64,000 bases of DNA. Source: Lama glama (lineage: Eukaryota). Below are positions 1 to 13,413 of this stretch, piece by piece. The stretch is from assembly GCA_028534125.1 (NCBI GenBank), contig CM052816.1, forward strand, positions 25,856,001 through 25,920,000, read 5' to 3'. Below the pieces are notes generated by a model. That model did no database searches. It had not been told where the DNA came from and saw only the letters and a list, made by a program, of their open reading frames with translations. The position numbers and the translations under genes are program-made. Position 1 is the stretch's first letter, and every line of letters begins with the position of its first letter.

Positions 1-2938
1 CTGTAAGTTTGGGAAGTTAAAACAGTGGCATATAAATGAAACAACAAACCGCTTTTTTTTTTGTTTAGCTATTGGTTATCTAAATAAAAGAAATTCAGTA
101 GCTTTTGGAGTGGACAGATTGTCCCTTAACCCCAGCTCTACTTGTCTCCCTTATGGATTCTAGCCAGATCGTGATTTTGAACTTGAGCTTTGTGCTTTTT
201 GTCTTTATTTAGCAACACGGGTTGTTGACCAATCCGTTCTTTTCACAAATTCCTTTCAGTGTTTGTAGCAAAACCCTTATCCCGTGGTTTTGACTAACCC
301 TTTAACACCTGCACCTCGAAGACACTGAAGTTGAGACAAGTCTCACATAAGTATTTCCTTCCATAAAGAACAGATGCACTGAAGACGCCTCATTGAAGCC
401 AGGGTCCCTTGGCCACGTCCTGTGGTGGAACCAGGCCCTGGAGCAGGGTGTCAGGAAGGGCTCTGTTTGCTTAACCAAAGCACAGACAATTACTTGTATT
501 TTCAAGTTTTTCTTTTTAGCCTAGGAAGGAGCCTTTTCCTTTGGTCCATCTACTTTAGTATGCTAAAGGGTACGTACCTTCCTTGTTGAGTCTAAAGGCT
601 GTAAGAAATGATTGTAAATATCACATCAGTATCTTACTCTGAGACATTCATTTGTCTGTCTGGTTCAAGCACATATCCCTAGTGCCAAGCCCATGGGCGG
701 CAGCCAGTAAATCAGTGTTGTCTGAGTTGATTGCACGGGGAAGAGGAAGGAGGTCAAGTTAGTGCATAACATTAGCGCTACCCTCTCTCCGCCCAGCCCG
801 TTCCCTGTCTTGCTCAAGCCCAGGGGATCTCAGAGGGCTGTTGAGTGGGTTTCGCATGCTTCTACCAGTCCAGTTGATAAGGTGACAGGAAGTAGGCTGC
901 AGGAAATGTTTTTATATCCTTAGAAGTGTTATCTTCGAGGGGCATAGTTTGTAATGCTGGAGGAAAAAGAAGCCTCCTTTCAGAGTGTCGGGAGTGAAAC
1001 AGGCAAAGCTGCTAATTTGTTTTCGGCTTCAAGGAGATTTAGAGCCTTGGCCTCCCTGGCAGTAGCTCGCCGTGGAATTGTTTTCCTGCTCCTTCATCTT
1101 AAGTCTCCTGCACGGCAGTAGGAAAGGCTGGATGTTTACAGAACTGGCAGTACCAGATTCTTCTTTCGCAGACAGATGCGGAGATTTGTTGCCCGGGACT
1201 TTTCGGACTTAACGGTGTGCTCTTGGGAAAACACACCAATCCTTTTTCATATCTGAAGGCAACCACAGAACCTCCCCTGGGAAGGCCAACTAACCTTCAG
1301 TCACTTACCTGCTGGGAAGGGATGCGTCAGAGCGAAAGTTCTTGCCCACTCACCTGGGTAGAGCTGTTATTAGCCCTGCCTGAAGGAGACAGCAACAAAA
1401 ATAACACATCCGGCAACCAGCGTGCAAAGTCAGCAGATGCAGTCAGATTCAAACTTGGCCAGGCTGCACCCTAGCTTTGCCCACCAGTTGGAGGTACGAG
1501 CGTGCAAACTGAGATGACAGCCCACTGTGGTGAGGATGGAGCTTCCGAGATGTCACTTCTGGCCCCCAGTTAAGCCCTTGGCCAATTTAGACTACTTTTA
1601 TAGGAACCTACCAGTGGCACTTCTGAAGAGACTATAGAAAAAGAAACTCTAGCAGGTGATTGGTTATGTTTGTACACTCTTGGTCAGAACTTTATTATGG
1701 AGATTTCTGTAGTTAATCAGATTAATTTTAGTCTTCCATAGTTCCCTGAGATTTGGTCCCAAAGTGGAGGCATTTGGGTACTGAGAGTTGAACTTGTAAA
1801 ATTTCTTGGTAACGCCTGGATCAGCATTCTAGGAACTGCTTCATCGCCAGCTTTCCTTTTTTTGGCATGGGAAACCGTGTGAAGAATGCCTTCTTTGAAG
1901 CTCGGAGGCCCACAATGAGCTACGAACTCTCTAATTGAACTTTACAAACCGAAGGGGCCGCGTCGGACTTATGGGCTGCATTTGAACCAACTTCCAGTCA
2001 CCATAATTTAGTAAGGGTGAGCTGCCAAAAGCCATGTGGGGCTTTATTTGATCCATTTGTGAATTAAGAGCCTGCCATAAATTAATTACTATATATTGGG
2101 GCTAATAAAATCTGCAGGCTGAGAAGGCCTTTGGGTTCCTGTGTGGAGGGGAATCAGGACAGAGCTACTTCCTGGTGTGGGAGCCATTCCTGGCCCGGGG
2201 CTTCCATGATGCTGGGAAGGGATGGTGTTCTTGCTCCATGTCCAGCCACGAGGCATCCGAGCTGCTGTGGGCTTTGCCACCATGGGAAGGCTGTGCTTTA
2301 TTGATCATAATAAGCTGTTCTGTCTGATTAAAGTTGCATCATGGAGTCTGGTTTTTTAGGAGCCCTATTGAGAATTCGTTGCAGAAGAAGCGATTTGCTT
2401 GTATTTTCCGACAGTTAACAGGCCAAGCAGATGGGTGAGCAGATCCGAAATTGTTGGGCTGGCTGCCTGCCACCAGTCTATGAATTCTAATTTGCATGGA
2501 TATGTAATAGTTTGATGCTTCCCTTTTTTGGAAGTTCTTGCCTCTGAGCCCCGGGGGAGATTAAGCCTTGAGTTTCCTGTGGCAGGCACCCTTGGAAGGG
2601 ATGTCGCCACAGTGGGCCTCACAGACCCTGTACCAGGTCAGGCACATCAGGCCCCGTGTTGTCAGAGGAGAGGGCCAACCCAGCGGCCCACGGCGTTCCA
2701 GGGAAAACTGGTTTCACTCACCACTTGCCTTGCGTTTTCAGGTGTTTTCCTTTTCTTTTAGACTCTGTTCACCAACATACTGAGTAACTGAAGAAAGGGT
2801 GTTAAACTTACACTTCCAGCAAGACATTTATATACAAATGTGAAATAAGCCAGAGCTGTATGTGGGCAAAGATGATCAGTCTGAGTTCTTCTTCTTTAAA
2901 AAACTTGTTTTGTTAAATATAAGGAAAATGCTATTTAA

Positions 2939-3686
2939 TTTTTTTTTATTATTTACTAGTTTTATTCTTAAAGATTTTTTATTGAAGTCTAGTTGATTTA
3001 CAATGTTGTGTTAGTTTCATGTGTACAGCAAAGTGATTCAGATATATATATTCTTTTCCATTATAGGTTATTACAAGATATTGAATATAGCTCCCTATGC
3101 TATACAGTAGGACCTTGTTGTTTATTTGTTTTATATATAGTAGTGTGCATAAATGTTATCTCCAGAGTCCTAATTTATCTTTCCCACCCCCTTTCCCCTT
3201 TGGTAACCATAAGTTTGTTTTCTATGTCTGTGAGTCTATTTCTGGTTAGTAAGTTCATTTGTATCTTTTTTTTTTTTTTTAGATTCCACATATAAGTGAC
3301 ATTATATGATACTTGTCTTTCTCTGTCTGGCTTCACTTAATATGATAATTTCTTGGTCCATCCATGTTGCTGCAAATGGCATTATTTCATTCTTTTTTAT
3401 GTCTGAGTAGTATTCCATTGTATATGTATACTACATCTTTATCCAGTCATCTGACGATGGAGATTTAAGTTGCTTCCATGTCTTGGCTATTATAAAATAG
3501 TGCTGCTGTGAACATTGGGGTGCATGTATCTTTTCAAATTAGAATTTCCTGTGGATATAGGCCCAGGAGTGGGATTGCTGGATCATATGATAACTTTAGT
3601 TTTTTAAGGAACGTCCATACATTCTTCATAGTGGCGGCACAAAATTACATTCCCTCTAAGTAGGGGGTTCCCTTTTCTTCACACCT
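2939..3686 (-). mobile_element. 5'-truncated LINE-1 (young artiodactyl-type 3' end) with 16-bp TSD
   Basis: T-rich tail then reverse-oriented L1 3'UTR (attgaagtctagttgatttacaatgttgtg...gggattgctggatcatatg). Identical flanks GGAAAATGCTATTTAA at 2923-2938 and 3687-3702. Confidence 0.92.
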
Positions 3687-3702
3687 GGAAAATGCTATTT
3701 AA

Positions 3703-4145
3703 AACATATGTGTAAGGTATAGAGAACACCATGAAAGCAAACATATATTTCCTGCCACCTAGTTGAAGAAACAGAAAATCGCAGTTTTAGGACCTTTGAA
3801 AACCCCTGGTGGCCCTTCTTCCTTCATCCCACTCTGCTGCTGATCCTCTCTATAAAACGCCTTTCTGAATTTTGTGTTTTATTCCTAGATGTTACAGCAT
3901 TCCTCTATAAAGAACACATTGTTTTGTTTGCTTTTGAACTTATATAAATAGAATCATACAGTATATTTTTCAACGTACTCTTTTCACTCAGCATTAAGTT
4001 CTAGTTCATTTTCACTGCTGTATCAGGTTGGTGGAATATACCATTATTGTTTATCCATTCCTGTGCCCATGGATTTTGGATTGTGGCCCGTTCTTTGATA
4101 TTTTAAACATCGTCCCTGTGAACATACTTGTGCCTTTCTCTTAGT
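3703..4145 (-). mobile_element. Old L1 (L1ME-like) 3' fragment
   Basis: Degenerate L1M-type motifs (ttttgaacttatataaatagaatcatacagtat; ttcattttcactgctgta; gtttatccattc). Confidence 0.65.
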
Positions 4146-4754
4146 ATCTAAGCCAGTTTTTAAACAAACCAATCTACTTTAAACAGTATGCTGGGTTTAA
4201 TTTTTTTTAATTTTTAAGGTTTGTTTTGCTGAGAGAGTATGCCACAAAATATTTCAGGTATTACAGTTATAAAATGACCATTCATTTCACACTTGAAAGA
4301 AAGGTGTGTATTTACCCAGTGGTGTGTAAAAGACCAGTAGCTTGATTTCTATGCTCTTAAAAGTGCTCCAGATAAAAGTCCCAGTTGCTGCAAAATGCAT
4401 TTCATTAATGTTTGTTAAAATGGCAGACTGAAGAGTCAGATGGAATTTTAAGATCAAAAAGATAAACGTTAGGAAAAGAAAACCAACAAGATGTACCTGC
4501 TTCATTTACGCGAGCTCTATTCACCTCTCCTTCCTGGGTTCCTGGAGCATTTATTGTTTGCACGTGCCACCAGGTGTCAGGTTCTGTTTCTCTAGTGACA
4601 CTCACTAAAGGCCTTTGATGGCTTCTCTTCAGCTTCATATAAAGTTGAGAACACGCTAGCTTCTCCACAAACCTGTACAAGCCTTCAGGTATGTCTTCCA
4701 GAAGAAGCCGTGTTGAAGCAGCGGAACCCTCCCTGTCCTCTGTAGCCTCATCTT

Positions 4755-5112
4755 GCTGCCCAGGGGCCTTTGCGTTGCTTTTTTCTCTGCCCAGAGCCCT
4801 CTTCTCCCAGATCGTCCGCATGGCCAGCTCGCGTGTCTTTCTAGCCTTGGTTCAGATGATACCTCCCCAGAATAATAATCCTTAACTCCTATCCCCAAAC
4901 TAACCTCTCTCCCGTCACTTCCTAAACCCTATACTGCTTTATTTCTTCAAGGACATTAGTACCTAAAATTGTAGCTGCTTCCTTGCTTATTACATGTCTC
5001 ATCCCACGTGGAATGTGGGCACGGAGTTTGTCTTGCTCACTGCAGTATTCCAAGCACCCAGAAGCGCCTGGCACACAGGAGGAAGCGTAAAAATGGATTT
5101 TGAGTAAATGAC
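4755..5112 (+). mobile_element. L2 3' end
   Basis: ggcctttgcgttgct...tttgtcttgctcactgcagtattccaagcacccagaagcgcctggcacacag...gagtaaatga, a typical L2 terminus. Confidence 0.75.
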
Positions 5113-5199
5113 TTTTCCTTAAATAACAGATAGCTTAAGGATATTTCTGAGTAAAGGATGGCTGTAGTTTCATGGAATGTATCCTCCTAGAGACAAGAG

Positions 5200-5300
5200 A
5201 CTTTTAAGCAAGTCATCAAACTTGTTAGGCCTTATTTTTCTCATCTGTAAAATGGGGTTATGGATGTAGTAAGTATTAAAACATTAATAGATACAAAATT
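5200..5300 (+). mobile_element. MIR fragment
   Basis: gcaagtca...ccttatttttctcatctgtaaaatgggg core. Confidence 0.6.
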
Positions 5301-5887
5301 GCTTTTTTAAAAAATGGAAAAGATATGTTATCATTATCTGTATTGCTGACATTACACAAACTGCAGGGGCATACTAGCCCTTAAGGTTATTGAAGGGAAT
5401 TTGGGTTGAAAGAGGTTTAGAATTTCCTATAGGAAAACAGTCTTTAAAGATAAAAGGACCAGTCACGTTGGAAGGCTCCAGAAGACTTTGTCTCTTTCTC
5501 TCAAACCCATGAGTACAAGCTTAGCCTCTGGAATTTTCAAGAATCTGCATGCTTTAGAGTGACATGTGCACCTAGCTGACGTGAACTAGAAATTTACTAA
5601 GAACATTTAAATTTTCCTCTCGATACTCAGGTATTCAGAGTTCTATAAATTTCACCCATTGTAATACTTTGAAATATTCTTTTGTTATTTCATTTAGTGT
5701 ATTATTTATCTGACCAGCTGAGTTGCAGTCTCCTTCAAAGGAGAGATTGTTTTGTTTGGAATTTGTTACTCTGTTGGACAAACATAATCATGTGCTTGGC
5801 AGAGAAAGGGTGTTTGGATAAAAGCTTATTACGCAGTTAAAATACTTTTTATTAACTTCAGGTTCTACTAGACCCGTATTTTTCCAC

Positions 5888-6430
5888 CTAGACTGCACGC
5901 TAAAGTCATCTTAGGAACTTTGGAAAAATGCCCTGGCCCAGGTCTCAAGTCCAGATACTCTGACTCAGTTGGTTTCAGATGAAATGTAGGCACTGGTTTT
6001 TTTAGTTGGTTTCTTTGTAACTTCTTGCAGGTTATTCTGATCAACGCTGGGGGCTAAGAACCAGTAAACTAGATTAGATCGTTGGTTCACAAGTGTGGCG
6101 GTCCAGTGAGTCGCCTGAGGAAAAGAGAACGAGCTGGTGCTTGGGGCCCACTCCCAGAGGCTCTAATTTAAATTGGGGTGGGCCTCCAGATTTTGAAAAG
6201 ACTACTGAGGTGGTTCTAAAGCACAGCAGTTTAAGAGCACTGCCCTCAACTGTGGGCTTCTTGAACGTAGCACGAGACGCAGAGAGGTCTGTGCGCCTTT
6301 GCCCGATGATGCTATTGACCTGGAATATGTACCAAAAGCAGACCTCCCCGACACAGAATCTGCAGAGGAATGCTTGGGAACCCCAAGCTCCACAGGTGGC
6401 TTTATGATCATGCAAGTTTGGGAAACATGG
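5888..6430. mobile_element. Cluster of degenerate MER5-like (hAT-Charlie) fragments
   Basis: Repeated motifs such as cccagag..tctgattcagttggt, gttattctgat...ggggctaagaacca and gcaagtttgggaaac. Confidence 0.55.
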
Positions 6431-7892
6431 CCCTCATGCAGTAAAAACTCTATTTCTTACCGTATTGTAATTGTGGGTGAATTTTCTTATAATTGACTTG
6501 GTTTGTCTTTGAGCAGAGAAACTCGCTTTATAGGCGCTCACTATCTTATGAATAATGAAAACAGAAGTGTTTCAGGCTTAGGAACCTGTATATAAGCAGC
6601 CAAAGGTGTCGATTTTGTAATTTCATCAAACAATTGGTTTCTTTTTGTACTTAAGTAATCAGGAACTACACACTACGTAAAATCTGTGAAATAATAAGCC
6701 TACTCAGAGATGAACGTTAGATCACAGGAATGTGTCTCAAATGTTGATTTTCATGAGCAGGGGATACGAGGGGTAAACGAAAGCAAAACTGATGAAAAAG
6801 TCTTATTCTACCTGAGGGTCTTCCCTTTTCCCGACACCCCCAACCCCTGTGCCGAAGTATTTTCGAAATTTGGGGGCTGTTGCCTGGTTTGTGTATCACT
6901 GTAGTTCATTTACATGATTTGTTCTTGCAGAGGTAATCTAATATACTCTTAAATTAAAAATAAATTAAATAAACAAGCAAGTTTGAAAAACCAAGAACCT
7001 TGAATAGAACTGCCTGCATTCTGTCTAGCACTGTGGGAACCACTAGAAGTTAAAGGTCTAGAAGCATCTGTTGTGGTGGGAGGATAAATATGAATGTTTA
7101 TTGTCTGAATAATGTGTAGCTAGTTTAATCTACCAACTGGTTAATCAATTGCATGATACTGAAGAGTGGGAGGTATATGTAACACATCATTCTGTCTGGT
7201 GTTTCCAATCATTTGTAAGAGATTTGCAGTCATTTGTAGGAGGAAGCTGTCCTTCTCTATGTGAATTAAGAGACGGAGTTTAATAATGACAAGCATTCCC
7301 AACGTGGTTCAGAATCCATTTGAAAGATGCACAAGCTGCTCACATTGATGGTGGGGATGGGGTGTGTCGGGACTTCTAGATACTACGGTTAGGTCCCCTG
7401 CATTGGATATTGGGGGCTCCAGAAATTTATAGACTGCCTGTGCCCAGTCTCTCATGTTATATTTTTTCTGCCATTTTAGAAGCCAGGCCACTGCACTTTC
7501 CCCTTCCTTATTTTTTTCTTAGAGAATCACCTTAATTTAGTAGAACTTAAAATATTGTCATCATATCCTGACTACAAGCCTATGATAAATGGATTGGGTT
7601 CCCACTTCTCTCTGATGAAAGAACTTTGAGGAGACGTATTTGTTTTCTCTGGGTTTACTGTGAACAATGTTAAGATCTGAGATTTTGCCTTTTAGCTTTT
7701 GAGATGCTAACATCAAAAGGCCATTCCTTCAAAGAACTTCATGTTGCTATTTAAATGGTAATTACTTTTCTCCTGGTTTAGCTCTGGGCTTGATAAATTC
7801 AACAGGCTTAGTATTTTAATTTTATATTGTTGGTACTGGGAGATGAGTGTCTGAGTCAAAAACGCTAAATTCTGATTAGGAAGACAGTTGAA

Positions 7893-8067
7893 GATAAGTA
7901 AGTTTCTTCTGTATAACACAGGGAACTCTATTCAATATCTTGTAGTAACCTGTAATGGAAAAGAATACGAAAACGAATATATGCATGTATATGTATGACT
8001 GAAACAGTATGCTATACACCAGAAATGGACACATTGTAAACTGACTATACTTCAATTTAAAAAAAAA
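7893..8067 (+). mobile_element. Short L1 3' end with poly(A) and 12-bp TSD (1 mismatch)
   Basis: acagggaactctattcaatatcttgtagtaacc...ctgactatacttcaatttaaaaaaaaaaa. Flanks AAGACAGTTGAA (7881-7892) and AAGACACTTGAA (8068-8079). Confidence 0.9.
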
Positions 8068-10696
8068 AAGACACTTGAACCCCTAGATGGAGGATCTGCT
8101 CTAGTGTTAGCTTGGGAAAACCCTTAACCTCTCTTCCGGTAAAAATTAGTGAATGACCTTTTTGGTTTTTGTTACTCACTTTGTACGCATTTTTCCTTTA
8201 GTACTGGAGACAGTTTTCCCCAGCAGTGTAGCCTGCTGATGTAATTGAGGGCATAGTTTGATTCATTCTTTAGAGATTCATTATTTTCATGGAGGGAAAA
8301 GTATTAGAATTGTGTTTTTCAAAAAAGTGCTAGTCCCAGAACCCAGATCAACTGAATCACAGTAAGTACTTAGAGGTCAGAGCGCAGTACAGTGATTATA
8401 AAAGAAGTTTTCCCTCGTGATCCTAGGCGGAATCGTGGATACAAACCAGTTCCACATTTTATTTAGGCAAAGGAGAAGTAAATCAAGTTTATTTAACGAG
8501 GTGCTCATGATTAATATTTTATGTTGTATTTCTTAGTCAAGTATTTAGGGGAAGAAAGAGCCTTTCAACTTCTTAGTAATTTTGCTGGCTAATTCCTAGA
8601 TTCACTCTCTTGGTAGAAGCGTAGAAAGGAGCCCAAGGGACAATACCTTGTGTCTGTTGCTTAGTCACAAAAATAAAACCCAGTTCCTGTTTTCTTATAA
8701 ATACTTTTGGCGAAGGGCAAAGAGAGAACTGACCCTTGAGGTGCTGTGAGAGTGGAGGAGGAGAACGCTGGAAATTGGATCTGTCGTACTCACCACGGGC
8801 TGGGGTCGTTAGTAGAGGCTTAATGTGGAATGGGATTTGTTTCTGTGGTTTCAAATGACCTCTTGGTTATGGCGAGTTGTTGAAAAACCCCAGGTGGCAA
8901 GGTGGGTCTTGGCACATCACCAACCTAAGGACTGAGCAGGAGGCCTGCTGGCAGACAAAGGCGTCTCTGGGCTTGGCTTTCTATTGTGCCTGTCTATTTC
9001 CTGACCGATTAGTTCGAGCTTCCTCTGAATATTTTATCATCTCCTTGGTTTATAATCAGGACCACCCACCTGATTTTAGCCCGCTGACTTTTTTCCCCCT
9101 GCCTTTTTATTCCCTCAAGCCCACAGTGCATGTGTATTCATGTTTTTGCTTTCCATTCACGGAGATCTCCAGCTGGGAAAATATAGTGTGTACAGTCCTC
9201 TCTGCCTTCAACTGACATTGCTCATAAATTGCGGCAGAAACACTGCTATCAGCAGCTTAATAGCAGGTAGAATGCAGCTCTACATATCAAGTCTCAGCAG
9301 GACACAGAAACTATGGTTACCACACTTCCAAAAGGAGAAGGGGAGGGGGTAGAAAGTTTTCTAAGAATAACTGAAACAACATTGAAAACTGATTCACCGA
9401 AAGCCGCTTTTGGAAAAGGACTTACAAGGGCTGACTCGGGGTAGCTCTGTTGTCACTTTTTGCTGAATTGATTTTTGAATACCTCACAAGAGGTTATTGT
9501 GGTGGAGCAGGGTAGAAAAGGCAAGCTTGTTGGCTTCTTTTTTTCCCTTCTCTTTCCTTTCTCTTTCTCTCCCTCCTTCCGTCCCTTCCACCTTCTCTTT
9601 TCTCTCCCTCTGCCTCATCCTTTTAAAAGAAAAGAAAAGGTCTTTGCTAAACATAATGAAAAAGGGTACCAGTTAACTCGGATACTAAGGTGGGGTGAGC
9701 AGGTGGAGTTAGACGCTGCCCTCAAGCACAGCTACCCTCAGGTGAGCCTGGGTCCCTGGCAGAGGAATCCTGCCTGTAACATCGCTCTTGGTGTTGCCTC
9801 TCATCTACAATTTATTTCATCCAGCACAGCGACCTGTCCACTTATTTGACCTCTGGTAAAAGAGCACACAGTTATATAGCATATCAAGATGTTAATATTT
9901 TAAGCTATGTTGTGAAAATGGATGCTCTTTATTATAGAGCCTTTCCAGTTAAAAAAAAAAAGTAAAAAAAAAATAGATAGCTGCTCCACTGTGAGAATTT
10001 CCAGTGCTTTTAGCACATCATTTTATCTTAATAAGCGAGATTATATTAATATTTTGAAAAGCCCCCAATTCCCCTCGACGAAGAAAGGATTGCTGGCTTC
10101 TGTCATCTTTTGTGAGTGGCCATAGCAGAATTCTGCCTCTTGCCAGAGGAGATTAGTGTGGATGGTGAAATAATTCTTGCTTTAAACCGAGTTAAGCTGT
10201 TGTATTAATACTCCTGTCAAAGGGCTCAGGCAGATAAAAAGTTCTCAGCCTCATTCCAGGGCTCCTTGGTGGCTTTTCCCAAAGGAATAGAATAATACCT
10301 CCTACCCCAGAATGTCAGAAAGTAATTAATCACAATCAGTATTCTGCATTTCTTTACGGGTAAAACTCAACGTGGTTTCTGCATATCTTATTTTGTATGA
10401 GGTACACTTTCCTTTAAAGTCTGTTAGCCTTGCTTCTCTGATAAGAATCAACCTCACATGTTTGGAGCAAAGCTGAGAATCAGTATTTTTAATAAGCACT
10501 CAAGGGGATTCATACCACCCTGTGAGTTTGGGGTGACATTAGAGTCTCATAGGCCTGGGTTTGAAATCCCTATATACCATCTCCTACGAGCGAGCATGTG
10601 TGTGTGAAGAGATTGACAGATTTTTCTGTAGTCCAACCAGGAACCCAGATTCAGAAACCGGCCCTATATTTCTTCCAAAATTGAAACGCTCAGTCC

Positions 10697-11205
10697 TTTT
10701 TAAAAAAATTATAGTTGACTTACAATATTATGTTAGTTTCAGGTGGACAGCATGGTCATTCAGTATTTTTACAGATTATACTCCATTAAAATTTACTGTA
10801 TGATAATGGCTATAATTCTTTGTGTTATACGCTATATCCTGGTTGCTTATCTGTTTTATGCACAGTAGTTTATGTCTCTTAATCCTGTACCCCTATCTTG
10901 CTCCCTGCCTTCCCTCTCCTCGTTGGTAACCACTGGTTTGTTTTCTATATTTGTGAGTCTGTTAATGTTTTGCATATATATTCATTTATGTTATTTTTTA
11001 TATTCCACCTGTAAGCAATATCATACAATATTTGTCTTTCTCTGTCTGACTTCTTTCACTAAATAGAATATTCTCCAGGACCATCGACATTGTTGCAGAT
11101 GGCAGAGTTTCATTCTTTTTTGTATGTCTGAGTAATGATGGGCACTTGGGTTGCATCCACATCCTGGTTATTGCAAATCATGCTGCTCTGAACACATCTG
11201 TGGGA
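10697..11205 (-). mobile_element. L1 3' fragment (artiodactyl/L1MA-type)
   Basis: tatagttgacttacaatattatgttagtttcagg...ggtaaccactggtttgttttctat...ttgttgcagatggcagagtttcattctttttt. Confidence 0.85.
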
Positions 11206-12229
11206 ACCTTGATTCTTCGCCTTCACAAAGCCTGTGGAATTTGCTGTGGGTAACGCAACATTTGGTTTAGGTGCTGCCCACCCGTTCTTGCCAGGCCCCT
11301 TGGCCGTGTGCCATCTCCATAGGCCATAAGGGGTGGAGACTGACAGCCGTCCTGAGAACACCTCCCCTGACAAAGCAAAGACAGTGAATGCCTGGGGCTG
11401 TAGCCTGGCCTTGGAGCCACCATTGGCTACCTGTGGCGCCTTGTGATAGAATGAAGCAAGGGAAAAAAGAGGTTCTCAGTGCAAGTTTAGATAAACTCTA
11501 TTTCATAATGTTATTTTTGACATCGCTCCATCAGCAGGTAACGTGCATGCGTGTGTGTGTGTTAGGCTTGAGTAAACAGAGGAGGCCCTGGTTCCCCTGG
11601 CACCTGCCAGAGGACTTGGGTTGTTGCTCAGTGCTCTGGCTCTTTCTTTGCCCTTTTCTTGACTCCTCTTCTCTGAAGAAACTTCTTACCTCTTGGATGT
11701 GTGTTTGTCTTCCTGTGGCAGAATGCCACAGAGGCTACTGGCTGTGGGGCAGACCCCTTGGCTGTGTGATGGACTCTAAAGGGGCCCCCTTGCTCCCTGA
11801 CAGCCCATCAGCCGTCCTGGTTGCCACTCGCCTTGGGTGCTTCTGTGTGGACACTGAGGATCACTGGAAGAGAAGGAAGTCAGAGACCCAGTGATGGTTT
11901 GCCTCAGTTCTCCTTAGTCCTGGGACTCGGGGCTAGCCATTTGTCTTCTCTGGGCCTCAGTTTCCTTCGCCCTGAAGAGGGCAAGTTTGGAATGGGTGAT
12001 CGTCAAGATTCTCTTGTGCTGGAAAATTACATGATTTTTTAATTTGTTTTCTTAAATGGGAGTTCTGGACATGACATGATGAAGCTCAGTGTGTCCATTG
12101 TGTGCCTTGTCATGCAGATTTCATGTCCCAGCAGATTAGGCGAAAAGGCCAACCCGTTGACTCGAGGGCCAGGCATGTATGCTTCTCCTCTTTGTCCCAG
12201 TGTCTGGGGCATACTGGGTCATTGTCAGA

Positions 12230-12460
12230 AACTAGAGCCAGACCCCCTGGGCTCCAATTCCTGGTCTGTAGCTTACTGTCTTTGTGACCTTGGGCAATAA
12301 CTTACGTACTGCCTGCTGTATGTCAGTCTGTCATTTGTAAAGTAGGGATAATTTATTCCCCTCCATGCTCCTACACTGGGTTGTTAGGAGGATTAAATGA
12401 GTTAATGTTGGTGAGACATTTCGAATAGTGTCTGACGCAGTCAGCACCACATGCACTTGT
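12230..12460 (+). mobile_element. MIR SINE
   Basis: ctgggctccaattcctgg...tgtgaccttgggcaa...tgtaaagtagggataat...aggattaaatgagttaat. Confidence 0.8.
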
Positions 12461-13392
12461 TAAATTAACAGACACACAAAAGTACAGTTCCCAGGGTCAT
12501 AATACTTGTTCTAGGCAAACACAGGAGTGCTTTTCATCAGTCTGCCGAGCATTCCCTACAGTTTGGGATTCCACCTGGAAGACAGGAAGACCCCCATGTT
12601 TGTAGGTACTCTTACAGTCTCCAGCAGTGGTGTTCATGTTGCTAGTGTGTCCTTTCTGACAGCCACATCAGGCTGGCAGGTGTCTTGACAGCAGGACCTT
12701 CCAATACAAGTGACCATGAGGGGAGGGAGATGGCTGTGATCAAGGAATGAATGCATCCTCGGGGTCTGCAGTGAACAAACCCTGGTTCCCAGGAGACCAC
12801 CTTGCTTGTCAGACACAGCTTTCCTGTGCGTTGTGTGGACCATCAACTATAGAAAGAGGTGTCACTGGAAACAGTGCCTCATGAGTAAATATATATTGCC
12901 TCTTTACCACCCCCCAAACCCATGTCAGTAAATTTCCTTCTAAAATTTCTTTAATATGGGTCATGAATGCATCCTAAGGAGAAGTCATCTTGAAGGATTG
13001 ATCTTAAATACCTCATGCACTCAGGGGTCATGCAGTTCACTTTTTTTCTCAATTGAATTCCTAATTTCTATTAAGTAAATGAAAGTTTACATGTCTGTAT
13101 TCCCTTGCTCCCCAGGATACCCTCCCCTCTGCATCTACATGGACCATACTTACTCATGTGTTGATTACTGGCAATTACAAGGTTGCTCTCATGGCCGTTT
13201 TGTTTCAGAATAGAAATTTTTATAAAATTATTTTTAGTTTTTGTTGTTCTACTTTGCAGAGTATTTGCCTGCACCCCATGATTTACATATATTTACCAAA
13301 TTTCTATTTTAAAATATGCCTTCCCAGAAAATTAGGCTACTTAAATTAACTAGAATTAAACAACAAATGCCACGATTTGATGAATAGATTAA

Positions 13393-13413
13393 ACACACAC
13401 ACACACACACACA
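13393..13413. repeat. (AC)n microsatellite
   Basis: About 10 AC units, read directly. Confidence 0.9.

Noticed and set aside
11388..11894. 168-aa intronic ORF (and similar ORFs such as 48963-49487)
   Set aside because: No homology recognised and no splice or promoter context; length is compatible with chance or repeat-derived sequence.
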